From Anaerolineales bacterium (GTDB lineage: Bacteria; Chloroflexota; Anaerolineae; Anaerolineales; UBA6663): a stretch of 58,579 nt of DNA. Positions 24,871 to 33,976 of the stretch are shown one piece after another (the first letter of the stretch is position 1; the number at the start of each line of letters is the position of its first letter). Position numbers and translations under genes: made by a program. The notes beneath the pieces were generated by a model. The model did not search any database. It had not been told where the DNA came from and saw only the letters and a list, made by a program, of their open reading frames with translations. The DNA lies in the NCBI GenBank assembly GCA_035291605.1, contig DATDRS010000172.1, positions 1 through 58,579 of the forward strand, given 5' to 3'.

Positions 24871-26085
24871 CTATTGGGGGGCCTCGCTCTTCCGCCGGGT
24901 TTCGCGCAGTTGCCCCAGGTGAACCCGGTCGTGATCGAGAATCCAGCCGACAATCTCGGCGAGGTGGGTGGGGCCGAAATAGGCGTGCCGCGCCGGGCGG
25001 GCCCATACGGCCTCGGGCTGCCCGGTGAGAAAAGCGTATAGCTCCTTGCGCGCGGCGATGAAGCCCTGCGAGGCCTCCGGTCCGGATTCGGATTGATAGT
25101 TCCGCTCAGCCGCCCACGGGTCGGCGTCAATGCCGACGAGGAAAGGGTTCTCGGAGTCGACGACGGTCTGGAGGCGCGGGAGGTGAATCTCGCGATCCAC
25201 GTCGCGCAGGTGGCAGGCAATTTCCACGAGTGACCACTCGGCCTCGGCCGGCCGGGAATGCCAGGCGGCCTCCGTCAGGCCTTCCAGCGCGCCCAGCGCC
25301 GCCGCCAGGCTCCCCATCAAAAGGTAGGGCAGCGCCGTCGCCGGGGCAGGGGGCATGGCGAGAGTCGGAAGGGCCGTCTGCGCCCACTCCAGGAACGTAT
25401 CCAGGTCACCGATGCCGGTGGGGTGCAGCCGGGTGCGGGAGACATCTGGCACGGCGCTTCCCGGAGGCGCGATCCAGAATTGCGCGACGCCAAGCTCCGC
25501 CGCCGGGACGATGTCGTCGCTCCAGTCGTTGCCGACGACGAGCACTTCCTCCGTCCGCCTCCCCAGGTGCGCCAGGATTTCGGCGAAGTATTCCGGGTGC
25601 GGCTTGGCGAAATGGCTGTTCTCGTAACTGGTGATGCGCGCGTAGGGAAAATCGTCAATCCCCGCCCAGCGCAGGCGTTCCTGAATAGCCGAGAGCGGGA
25701 AGAGCGGCGTCGTGGCGATGACGACCTGGTAGCCCTGCGCGAAGGCCCACTCCATCACGGCGCGCGCGGCGGGGAGGCGCGCGGTCAACCCGCGCAGTTC
25801 GGTGAAGCCGGTCCTGTAGAAGGTCTCGATGCGCGGCCGCCAGGCTTCCGCCTCCCAGCCGAGGGCGGGGTAAAAGCGGTCGGCAAAGACTGAGTCTAGA
25901 ACCCGTGCCGGGTCGGCGTTGGCGAGCATGGCGCGCGTGCCGGTGAGCAGCTCGGCGATGAATTGTTCCGGGCGGACGTCGGCGGCGAAATGCCGCGTCA
26001 GCCGGTCAAAGTAGGCCGGGACGAATATCCCCAAATCGTTGCCCAGCAAGGTGTCGTCGAGGTCGAAGAGCAGGGCGCTGATCAT
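24871..26085 (-). CDS. HAD-superfamily hydrolase fused to a DinB-like domain
   Basis: 404 aa. HAD motif I 'LLFDLDDTLL'. The C-terminal four-helix DinB-type region has His-rich motifs ('IACHLRDVDREIH', 'ILDHDRVHLGQL'). Confidence 0.7.
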   Translation of the reverse strand: MISALLFDLDDTLLGNDLGIFVPAYFDRLTRHFAADVRPEQFIAELLTGTRAMLANADPARVLDSVFADRFYPALGWEAEAWRPRIETFYRTGFTELRGLTARLPAARAVMEWAFAQGYQVVIATTPLFPLSAIQERLRWAGIDDFPYARITSYENSHFAKPHPEYFAEILAHLGRRTEEVLVVGNDWSDDIVPAAELGVAQFWIAPPGSAVPDVSRTRLHPTGIGDLDTFLEWAQTALPTLAMPPAPATALPYLLMGSLAAALGALEGLTEAAWHSRPAEAEWSLVEIACHLRDVDREIHLPRLQTVVDSENPFLVGIDADPWAAERNYQSESGPEASQGFIAARKELYAFLTGQPEAVWARPARHAYFGPTHLAEIVGWILDHDRVHLGQLRETRRKSEAPQ

Positions 26086-26126
26086 GCGGGGCGAGGCGCG
26101 GGGGCGGGAGGAGGCCGGGAGTCTGG

Positions 26127-26453
26127 CTACTCGTCCACCTGGAGCTTAATTTCGTGGCAATGCCCGCAGCCCACTTCGGGTTCGGGCACGTCGGCGAGCG
26201 TTTTCGTGCAGGTGGCCGAGACGGCTACTTTGCGCCCCAGCCCGACCCATGTTTTGGCGACGCGCGCTTCCAGCACCAGGTGCGGACAGGCGTTGGCCCG
26301 GACGATTTTAGGGACCGGACAGTCGCGGCACAGCCCGGGCGTCCACTTCTCACTCGCCGCATTGAGCGCGATCAGACGGCACTCTTCGTGGTTGCGTCCG
26401 CGATAATAGTTCGCGTAGAAGAACTTGCACTCGAAGCCGGCGGGGGTGCGCAT
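26127..26453 (-). CDS. small Cys-rich hypothetical protein
   Basis: 108 aa with 9 Cys, including 'CRDCP' and 'GCGHCHE'. Co-directional with efp and 29 nt downstream of it. Confidence 0.4.
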   Translation of the reverse strand: MRTPAGFECKFFYANYYRGRNHEECRLIALNAASEKWTPGLCRDCPVPKIVRANACPHLVLEARVAKTWVGLGRKVAVSATCTKTLADVPEPEVGCGHCHEIKLQVDE

Positions 26454-26482
26454 GGGAAGCGGGCGCGACGCACTGGGCTGGG

Positions 26483-27040
26483 TCAGGCGCGGGTCAGGTA
26501 CTGCCCGGTCTCGGTGTTCACCCGGATCGTGTCGCCCACGTTGACGAAGAGGGGGACCTGGACCCTCAGCCCGGTCTCGGTGGTGACCATCTTGTTCGCG
26601 CCGGTGGCGGTGTCGCCTCTGACGGCCACTTCGGCCTCGACGACCCGGAGGTCAACCGCGGCGGGCAGTTCGACGTCGATCGGCTGGTCCTGGTAGAAGG
26701 TCAATTTGACTTCCAGGTTCTCTTTGAGGAAGCTCACGTTTTCGCCCAGCGTCTCGGCGCTCAACGGCGTCTGCTCGTACGTCTCGGTGTCCATGAAATA
26801 ATAGAAGTGGCCGTCGGTGTAGATATACTGGGCGATGTGGTGGTCGAGCCGGATGTCCTGCACCCGGTCGCCGGACTGGAAGGTGCGCTCGGTGTTGACG
26901 CCCGTCTTGAGGTTGACCAGCCGGGTGCGGATGGTGGCGTTCCCCCGTCCAGGCTTGTTGTGGGAATAGTCCAGTACTTTGTAGAGCTGGCCGTCGAGCT
27001 CGAAGGTCACGCCTTTGCGAAGAGCATTCACGTCAATCAT
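26483..27040 (-). CDS. efp: translation elongation factor P
   Basis: Trimmed to the ATG at 27040 (AAGGAAG SD upstream). Starts 'MIDVNALRKGVTFELDGQLYKVLDYSHNKPGRGNATIRTRLVNLKTG'. Typical three-domain EF-P length (185 aa). Confidence 0.9.
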   Translation of the reverse strand: MIDVNALRKGVTFELDGQLYKVLDYSHNKPGRGNATIRTRLVNLKTGVNTERTFQSGDRVQDIRLDHHIAQYIYTDGHFYYFMDTETYEQTPLSAETLGENVSFLKENLEVKLTFYQDQPIDVELPAAVDLRVVEAEVAVRGDTATGANKMVTTETGLRVQVPLFVNVGDTIRVNTETGQYLTRA

Positions 27041-27153
27041 GTCAAAACTTCCTTTCAGTGACCCCCCCGATTCAACAAACGGCGCAGGCTGAGTTGGACG
27101 GCCTGCGCACGCGGAGACATACGGAAGGTCAGGCGCGATTATAACGGTATCTC

Positions 27154-29961
27154 TCATCCGCCGTCAATCCACTTGGCCGCCAGCGCGGGCAGTTGGGCCA
27201 GCGGGCCGATCTTCCGCGTGCAGGCGGGCAGCGAGTCGTAGAAGATGCGGCCATATTGTTTGGTGAGCATCCGCCGGTCGAAGATGACGACCACGCCCCG
27301 GTCGCTCTTGGAGCGGATGAGCCGCCCGAAGCCCTGCCGGAACTTGAGCACCGCCTCCGGCACGGTGTATTCGTCGAAGGGGCGCTCGAACGTCTCGGCG
27401 CGGGCGGCGACGATCGGGTCAGACGGGACGTCGAAGGGGAGCTTGACAATGACGAGCACGGAGAGCGCCTCGCCCGGCACGTCCACGCCCTCCCAGAAGC
27501 TCTTGGTGCCAAGCAGCACACCGCCGTCCGAGCTTTTGAACGAGGCGAGCAGCGTGGTGCGCGACGCGCCGTCCGACTGGTCGTACACCTCAATCCCGGC
27601 GCGGACGAGCGGGTCGCGGATGGCCTGGGCCGTCTGCTTGAGCTGGGCGTAGGAGGTGAACAGCACAAGCGCGCGGCCCCGCGTGGCCGTGCACAGTTTG
27701 ACGAGGCCATGCTCGACCGCTTTCTGGTGTCCGGCCCTGTCCATCGGCTCGGGGATGTCGTTGACAAGGTAGAGCAGGGTGGAAGTCTCGTAGTCGAAGG
27801 GCGAGCCGACGGCCATCTCGTCGGCCTCGTCGGCGTTCAGGCGGCCTTTGATGTAGTGGAAGTCGCCCGCCGTCGTCAGCGTGGCGGAGGTCATCACGAC
27901 CGACTCCTTCGCGTGCCACAGGTATTTCTGCACCAGCGGGCCGACGTGCAGCGGCGCGGCGCGGAGCGAGGCGCGCTCGCCGTCGGACTTCACCTGCGCC
28001 CAGTAGATCGTCAGCGGGTCGGGCTTGAAGACCAGGCCGGTGACTTTCTGGACGATGTCGTCGCAGCGGCGGCTCGCCGCGTTCGCCGCCGAAGCCAGGT
28101 CTTCGCGCTCGGGGATGTCAAAGTCCTCCAGTTCGTCCAGCCCTGCGCCGAGGTGATACAGGGACTTCGCGACGGCGGTCAGCGTTTCGCCCAACTGCTC
28201 CCACTGGATTTCGATGTGCGCCCAGGGCGGCAGAGTGCGCGTGGCCGGGATGATGCGCTCGGTTTGGCCGTATTCGCTGACGGGCTGCCCCTCGCGCAAC
28301 TCTTCCATGAAGGCCGCCACGGCTTCGAAGAATTGGCGCGTGATGGCGAGCGCCGTGGTCGCGTGATCGTAAGCGTTGTTCACCTCCGCGTCGAGCGCGG
28401 CGTATGCGTCCGGCGGGAGCGCGTCGCGCGTGTTCGCGAGTATCTGCCCCAGCAGGCCGGCGTTTGGGCCGCCCAGGTCTTTCAACTGACGTTCCAGGTC
28501 CGGTCGGCTCAACTCGAAGCTCAGGCCATCGGTCGTCGCGGCTTCGAGGTGGTGGGCCTCGTCCACCACCAGATAGCGGTATTCCGGGAGGACGCGGTTC
28601 TCGGCGGCAATGTCCGCGAGCAGGAGCGCGTGGTTGACGATGACGATGTGCGCGGCCTCGGCCGCCCGGTGGGCGCGGTAAAACGGGCAGACGCCGCCCA
28701 TCTTCGACTGGCACATATCGGCCGTGCAGCCTTCGTCCTCCGCCGACAGCCGCAGCCAGGCGCCGCGCTCATTGGGGCCGAGCGAGAGTTCGGTGGTCTC
28801 GCCCGTCTCTTCCATCTGGCGCAGCCACACCAGCACTTTCGCCAGCACGCGCATCTCTTCGGGCGTCTTCGGGCGGTGGCGGCGCAGGTTGTCGAGGCGG
28901 CGCGGGCAGAGATAGTTGCTGCGGCCCTTGAGCACCGTCGCGCGGAAGTCAACGCCCAGCGTGGCTTGCAAGTCAGGGATGTCTTTATGGATGAGCTGGT
29001 CCTGCAGGTTGATGGTGTTGGTTGAGACGATTACGCGCTCGTTGTTTTGCGTGGCCCAGTACGCTGCCGGGATGAGGTAAGCCAGGCTCTTCCCGGTTCC
29101 CGTTCCGGCTTCCGCCATCAAATGCCGCCCTTCGGAGAACGCGCGGGCCACGACGCGCAGCATTTCCACCTGCTCGGAGCGGTGCTCGTAATTGGGGAAA
29201 TGCCTGGAGAACGACCCGCCCGGCTCCAGCACCGCCGCGAGCTCGTCCACGTCGAGCGGCGTTAGTGCGGCCTTGCGCTGCAGCGGGCGCTCGTCCCGCC
29301 CTGACTCGCCGAACAGCGGACCAACCGCGCCCCGACGCGCCTTGCGCGCCCCTACTCTTTCTTTCGCGCGCGCCCGCAGGGCCTCCTCGAAGATCAGCCC
29401 CGCGCCCCAGGTGATCTCCTCGCCCAGCTGGACGATCTCGGCCAGCAAATCGAGGGGCAATTCCATCGCCTTGTGGACGAGCGCGCGATAGACTTCCATC
29501 GTCACGCGGCAATCCACGCTGGCGCGGTGCATGGTGCCCGGCGGGGTGAGCACGCCGATTTCTCTGGCTAACGCCCCCAGATTGTAGCGTACGGCGGTGG
29601 GCAGGAGGACCGAAGCCAGATCCAGCGTGTCGAGCGCGTCGTTGTAACGGAGCGCGCGTTTAGCGCGGAGAAAATCCAGGTCAAAACTCACATTGTGCCC
29701 GAGGACGGGCGCCTCGCCGACGAACTCTTCCAGTTCCGGAAGCACTGCGCTGATCGGCGGGGCTTTGACCAGCATCGCATCCGTGATGCCGGTGAGCTGG
29801 GTGATGTGCAGCGGGACTTTGCGCCCCGGATTGATGAGCGTGGAAAACTCTGCCTCGACCCGGTCGCCTCTGAACCGGATCGCGCCGATCTCGATGATGG
29901 CGTCACGGCCCGACTCGAGGCCGGTGGTTTCGAGGTCGAGGGCGACGAGGGTCTTGGCCAT
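27154..29961 (-). CDS. dinG: bifunctional DnaQ-like 3'-5' exonuclease / DinG-family ATP-dependent helicase
   Basis: 935 aa. Exonuclease motif 'ALDLETTGL'. Helicase motif I 'AEAGTGTGKSLAYL'. DEAH box 'VVDEAHHLE'. Fe-S Cys cluster region 'CTADMCQSKMGGVCPFY'. Confidence 0.9.
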   Translation of the reverse strand: MAKTLVALDLETTGLESGRDAIIEIGAIRFRGDRVEAEFSTLINPGRKVPLHITQLTGITDAMLVKAPPISAVLPELEEFVGEAPVLGHNVSFDLDFLRAKRALRYNDALDTLDLASVLLPTAVRYNLGALAREIGVLTPPGTMHRASVDCRVTMEVYRALVHKAMELPLDLLAEIVQLGEEITWGAGLIFEEALRARAKERVGARKARRGAVGPLFGESGRDERPLQRKAALTPLDVDELAAVLEPGGSFSRHFPNYEHRSEQVEMLRVVARAFSEGRHLMAEAGTGTGKSLAYLIPAAYWATQNNERVIVSTNTINLQDQLIHKDIPDLQATLGVDFRATVLKGRSNYLCPRRLDNLRRHRPKTPEEMRVLAKVLVWLRQMEETGETTELSLGPNERGAWLRLSAEDEGCTADMCQSKMGGVCPFYRAHRAAEAAHIVIVNHALLLADIAAENRVLPEYRYLVVDEAHHLEAATTDGLSFELSRPDLERQLKDLGGPNAGLLGQILANTRDALPPDAYAALDAEVNNAYDHATTALAITRQFFEAVAAFMEELREGQPVSEYGQTERIIPATRTLPPWAHIEIQWEQLGETLTAVAKSLYHLGAGLDELEDFDIPEREDLASAANAASRRCDDIVQKVTGLVFKPDPLTIYWAQVKSDGERASLRAAPLHVGPLVQKYLWHAKESVVMTSATLTTAGDFHYIKGRLNADEADEMAVGSPFDYETSTLLYLVNDIPEPMDRAGHQKAVEHGLVKLCTATRGRALVLFTSYAQLKQTAQAIRDPLVRAGIEVYDQSDGASRTTLLASFKSSDGGVLLGTKSFWEGVDVPGEALSVLVIVKLPFDVPSDPIVAARAETFERPFDEYTVPEAVLKFRQGFGRLIRSKSDRGVVVIFDRRMLTKQYGRIFYDSLPACTRKIGPLAQLPALAAKWIDGG

Positions 29962-30115
29962 AGAGGATGAAGACGCAGAGATTGCTTCGCAGGATGAATT
30001 GTGTGGAAGGCAGGCGGATTATATCATGTGCGCGTTGGGCGCGACCCTCGCCCCCATTGCGAAAAGCGTATGGTATCATTCCCGCCCGCAGACGCCAAAT
30101 CGCGCCGGAGATCGT

Positions 30116-31594
30116 ATGTCAATCCAGACTCCAGAGTGGGTGAAAGACGCCATCTTCTACCAGATCTTCCCCGACCGGTTCGCCAGGAGCGACCAGCTCG
30201 AAAAGCCGCGCCATCTCGAACCCTGGGACGCCCCGCCCTCGACTTACGGCTACAAGGGCGGCGACCTGCTTGGCGTCGTCGAGCACCTGGACCACATTCA
30301 AGACCTCGGCGCGACGGCGATCTACTTCTGCCCGATCTTTCAGTCGGCCAGCAATCACCGCTACCACACTCACGACTACTATCAGGTGGACCCGCTGCTC
30401 GGCGGCAACGAGGCCTTCCTGATCCTGCTGAACGAGGCCCACCGGCGCGGGATGAAAATTATCCTGGATGGGGTGTTCAACCACGCCTCGCGCGGCTTCT
30501 TTTACTTCAACGATATCCTGGAGAATGGGCGGCACTCTCCCTACCTTGATTGGTTCAACGTGGACGAATATCCGCCGAACGCCTACGACCTGATGCGCCC
30601 GCCGGGCTACGCAGCCTGGTGGGGTCTGCACGCCCTCCCCAAGTTCAACAGCGACAATCCGCAGGCGCGCGAGTATCTCATGCGCGTGGCCGAGCATTGG
30701 CTCCGCCTCGGCATTGACGGCTGGCGGCTGGACGTGCCGGGCGAGATTAAGACCGAAGGGTTCTGGGAAGAGTTCCGGCGCAGGGTCAAGGCCATCAACC
30801 CGGAGGCTTACATCGTCGGCGAAATCTGGGAGGCCGCCGTGCCTTTTCTGCGGGGCGACCGCTTCGACGCAGTGATGAACTATCCCTTTGCCGAGGCGAC
30901 GCTGGCCTTCTGTGGCGGCGCGCGCATCAACCCGAAGATGGCAGAGGGCAAGGGCTACAACCCGGCTAGGCGCCTCGACGCCAAAGGCTACGGGGACCGG
31001 ATCGAATGGCTGCTCGGCTTGTACCCGTGGGAGATCCAGCTCGCCCAGCTCAACCTGCTCGACAGCCACGACGCCGCGCGCGCGATCACACTCGCGGGCG
31101 GAGATGCGCCGACCGTCCACCTCGCCACGCTGCTGATGATGACCTACCCCGGCGCGCCGAGCATCTACTACGGCGACGAGATCGGCCTGGAGGGCGGGCT
31201 GCCCGATCCCGACACACGCCGCCCGTTCCCCTGGGACAGGCCGCAAGCGTGGAAGCGCGACGTCCTGGCCTATCACCAGGAACTCGCCACCCTCCGCAAG
31301 GCGCACCCGGCCCTGCGGCGCGGGACCTATCACCGCCTGCACGCGGACGCAGAGCGCGACGTTTACGCCTTTGGGCGGAAGCTGAGCGACGAGGTGATGC
31401 TCGTGGCCGTCAACGTCGCCGAGCACGCGCGGTCAGCCCATATTCCACTTGACGATCTGCTGGCCGAGGGGGCGACGCTGAAAACGCTCTACGGCGGGAC
31501 GGACCATCATCAGGTCGCCCACAAAAAGCTCCGGGTCATGCTGAAGCCCCGGAGTGGGGTCGTCCTGCGCGCCAGCGGCTCAACTGCGCAATGA
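30116..31594 (+). CDS. GH13 alpha-amylase-family glycosidase (neopullulanase/cyclomaltodextrinase-like)
   Basis: Trimmed to the ATG at 30116. Contains 'DAIFYQIFPDRF', 'DGVFNH', 'GWRLDVPGEI', 'VGEIWE' and 'LLDSHDAAR' (GH13 regions I-IV). The 3' end overlaps the convergent epimerase gene by 15 nt. Confidence 0.9.
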   Translation: MSIQTPEWVKDAIFYQIFPDRFARSDQLEKPRHLEPWDAPPSTYGYKGGDLLGVVEHLDHIQDLGATAIYFCPIFQSASNHRYHTHDYYQVDPLLGGNEAFLILLNEAHRRGMKIILDGVFNHASRGFFYFNDILENGRHSPYLDWFNVDEYPPNAYDLMRPPGYAAWWGLHALPKFNSDNPQAREYLMRVAEHWLRLGIDGWRLDVPGEIKTEGFWEEFRRRVKAINPEAYIVGEIWEAAVPFLRGDRFDAVMNYPFAEATLAFCGGARINPKMAEGKGYNPARRLDAKGYGDRIEWLLGLYPWEIQLAQLNLLDSHDAARAITLAGGDAPTVHLATLLMMTYPGAPSIYYGDEIGLEGGLPDPDTRRPFPWDRPQAWKRDVLAYHQELATLRKAHPALRRGTYHRLHADAERDVYAFGRKLSDEVMLVAVNVAEHARSAHIPLDDLLAEGATLKTLYGGTDHHQVAHKKLRVMLKPRSGVVLRASGSTAQ

Positions 31595-32515
31595 CCGGAA
31601 ACGGGGATCGTTAGCCAGCGTCAGCCGCAAGCCCTCGGCGAGGCTGACTCTGGGACGGAAATTCAACTTCTTTTCGGCGAGGGAGAGGTCGGCGCACATG
31701 CGGGAGACGCCCCCGCTCTCCGCCTTGCTGAAAATCGGCTCCACGCGCGCCCTGGTCGCGTCGGCCACCAGGCGAGACAAGTCTTTGACGCTGGTCCCCC
31801 GCCCGCTGCCGACGTTGATCACCTGGCGGTCCACCGTCTGCGCCGTCGCAGCCGCCGTCATGGCCTCGATCACGTCGTCAACATAGACGTAGTCGCGAGT
31901 CTGAGAGCCGTCGCCGTACGCCACCAGCGATCCGCCCGCGAGCGCCTGCCGGAGGAAGCGAGGGATCACCGGGCCGTGCGAGGCCGGGAGGGGCTGCCCC
32001 GGCCCGTAGGCGTTGAAGACCCGCAGGGCTACCGTCTCGATGCCCCACAGCGCGCCGATGGTGCGCACGTAATACTCCGCCGCGAGCTTGCTCACCGCAT
32101 ACGGGCTGCGCGGGTTGGGCGGGAGCGCCTCGTGCAGCGGTTGGGTGGCCTGCTCGCCGTACACCGCCCCGGACGACACGAGGATCACCCGGCGCACTCC
32201 CGCGTCGCGCATCGCCTCCATCACGCTCACCGTCCCGCCCACGTTCACCGCGTTATATTCGCGCGGATACAGCACCGATTCGGGGACCGAGACGCGCGCC
32301 GCGAGATGGTACACGCACTCCACGTCGTGCAGCAGCGTCCACAACTTGGGCCGGTCGTTCACGTCGCCGCGCGTGAACAGCACCTGAGGCGAGAGCCGCG
32401 CGGGGTCTCCGGCCGAGAGATCGTCCAGGCCGCGCACCGAATGCCCGGTCCGCGCCAAATGATTCGCCAGCGCCGATCCCAGAAAACCCGCCGCTCCTGT
32501 CACGAGAAAATTCAT
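31580..32515 (-). CDS. NAD-dependent sugar epimerase/dehydratase (GalE-like SDR)
   Basis: 311 aa. Rossmann motif 'VTGAAGFLGSAL' and catalytic 'YAVSK'. Confidence 0.85.
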   Translation of the reverse strand: MNFLVTGAAGFLGSALANHLARTGHSVRGLDDLSAGDPARLSPQVLFTRGDVNDRPKLWTLLHDVECVYHLAARVSVPESVLYPREYNAVNVGGTVSVMEAMRDAGVRRVILVSSGAVYGEQATQPLHEALPPNPRSPYAVSKLAAEYYVRTIGALWGIETVALRVFNAYGPGQPLPASHGPVIPRFLRQALAGGSLVAYGDGSQTRDYVYVDDVIEAMTAAATAQTVDRQVINVGSGRGTSVKDLSRLVADATRARVEPIFSKAESGGVSRMCADLSLAEKKLNFRPRVSLAEGLRLTLANDPRFRSLRS

Positions 32516-32602
32516 ACGCAGTGCTCAAATGAAGAATGGGGGACAAGATTATAGCATGGGCGCTGCCCAGCAGATTTCGAATGCGGAGTGACTTTCGCTC
32601 GA

Positions 32603-32632
32603 TTGTGATTCATCGCCCAATCAGAGTATGAT
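32603..32632 (+). promoter_or_regulatory. sigma70-like promoter, near-leaderless
   Basis: TTGTGA (32603-32608), 18-nt spacer, TATGAT (32627-32632). The ATG at 32639 follows after 6 nt, with no SD. Confidence 0.35.
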
Positions 32633-32638
32633 GCGCCC

Positions 32639-33931
32639 ATGTCCCGTTGGATTCGCATCGGCGACCTCGCCCTGACGTATCTGGGTTGGGGAGTCTTCGC
32701 GCTGGCGCTGGCCTTCATCCTGGCCAAAGACGCCTCGGTCGCGCTCGACACGCCCGCCCGCGTGCGCGCCTACATTCGCGCGGTCGAGTTTGATTTCGTG
32801 GACTGGACGCTCGACGCGCTCGGCTTCAAGGCCCGCCAGTCAAGCGTGGACGAGCAGGCGTTCCTCTCCAACAGCGACCAGACGCGCCGGGTGCGCGACT
32901 ATTTCGATCTGATCTTCCGGCTGGAAGGCGTGCGGCGCGAGATCGAGAAGCAGTACGCCGACCCGGCGGTGAAAGACCCCGCCGCCGAGACGGCCGGGCT
33001 GCGCGCGATGGAAGCCGACCTCCGCGCCCAGGCGGGGAAACTGCAACCCCTCGCGGAATCCATCCTCCAGGAGCAGATCTCGGTCATCCTCGCCGAGCAG
33101 GGGCTGGTCCTCGGTGGCCAGCCGGTCCCCCCCGTGTCATTTCATTTCACTGCGCTGCCCTACGCGCTGATCGTCTCCCCGCGCGCGGCGATCCGGCAGG
33201 ACGCCAACCTGGACGTGAGCGGCGACCTGACGCTCGAGCAACAGGTGGCGCTCGAGGAGCGCGTCGCGCGCGAACTGGACGTGTCCACACTCATCGTCGG
33301 GCTGGGCGGCATCGGCACTTACCCGACGATGGTGCTGCAGCACAGCGACCTCAACTGGATTGTCTCGGTGACCGCGCACGAATGGACGCACAACTACCTG
33401 ACGCTGCACCCGTTGGGCCTCAACTACGAGACTTCGCCCGAGCTGCGCACGATGAACGAGACGACCGCCGAGATTGTCGGCGATGAAATCGGGGCGATGG
33501 TGATGAAGCGGTATTATCCTGACCTTGCGTCCCCGCCGTCCCCGTTTCGAAACCTCCTGCGGCGCGAGCAACCCGCCGGGCAGACTCGGCGCGCGCCGGA
33601 CTTCGAGTTCCGGACGGAGATGCGCGCCACGCGCGTCCGGGTGGACGAGTTACTGGCGCAGGGCAAAGCGCCGGAGGCCGAGGCTTACATGGAAGAGCGC
33701 CGCAAGTTCTTCTGGGATCACGGCTATCAGATCCGCAGGCTTAACCAGGCCTACTTCGCCTTTTACGGGGCGTACGCGGCAGACGGGGGCGCGCCGGGCG
33801 CGGACCCGGTCGGCCCGGCGGTGCGCCTGCTCCGCCGCCGCAGCCCGAACCTCAAGTATTTTCTGGACACTATGGCGTGGTTTACGAGCTTTGAGCAGCT
33901 GAAGGGAGTTTTGGGACTTAGTAATCAGTGA
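32639..33931 (+). CDS. membrane-anchored hypothetical protein with HExxH motif (putative Zn-metallopeptidase)
   Basis: 430 aa. N-terminal TM 'LTYLGWGVFALALAFILA'. 'VTAHEWTHNYL' is the only catalytic-looking motif. Confidence 0.4.
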   Translation: MSRWIRIGDLALTYLGWGVFALALAFILAKDASVALDTPARVRAYIRAVEFDFVDWTLDALGFKARQSSVDEQAFLSNSDQTRRVRDYFDLIFRLEGVRREIEKQYADPAVKDPAAETAGLRAMEADLRAQAGKLQPLAESILQEQISVILAEQGLVLGGQPVPPVSFHFTALPYALIVSPRAAIRQDANLDVSGDLTLEQQVALEERVARELDVSTLIVGLGGIGTYPTMVLQHSDLNWIVSVTAHEWTHNYLTLHPLGLNYETSPELRTMNETTAEIVGDEIGAMVMKRYYPDLASPPSPFRNLLRREQPAGQTRRAPDFEFRTEMRATRVRVDELLAQGKAPEAEAYMEERRKFFWDHGYQIRRLNQAYFAFYGAYAADGGAPGADPVGPAVRLLRRRSPNLKYFLDTMAWFTSFEQLKGVLGLSNQ

Positions 33932-33966
33932 TCAGTAAGCAGTGAGCGCCTGATCACTGATTACTA
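33919..33966. terminator. 17-bp perfect hairpin between convergent genes (bidirectional terminator candidate) built from heptamer repeats
   Basis: TAGTAATCAGTGATCAG (33919-33935) pairs with CTGATCACTGATTACTA (33950-33966), with a 14-nt loop. The left arm overlaps the last codons and TGA stop (33929-33931) of the + gene, and the hairpin ends 10 nt before the stop of the - gene (33977). Confidence 0.55.
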
Positions 33967-33976
33967 TCACTGTCCT

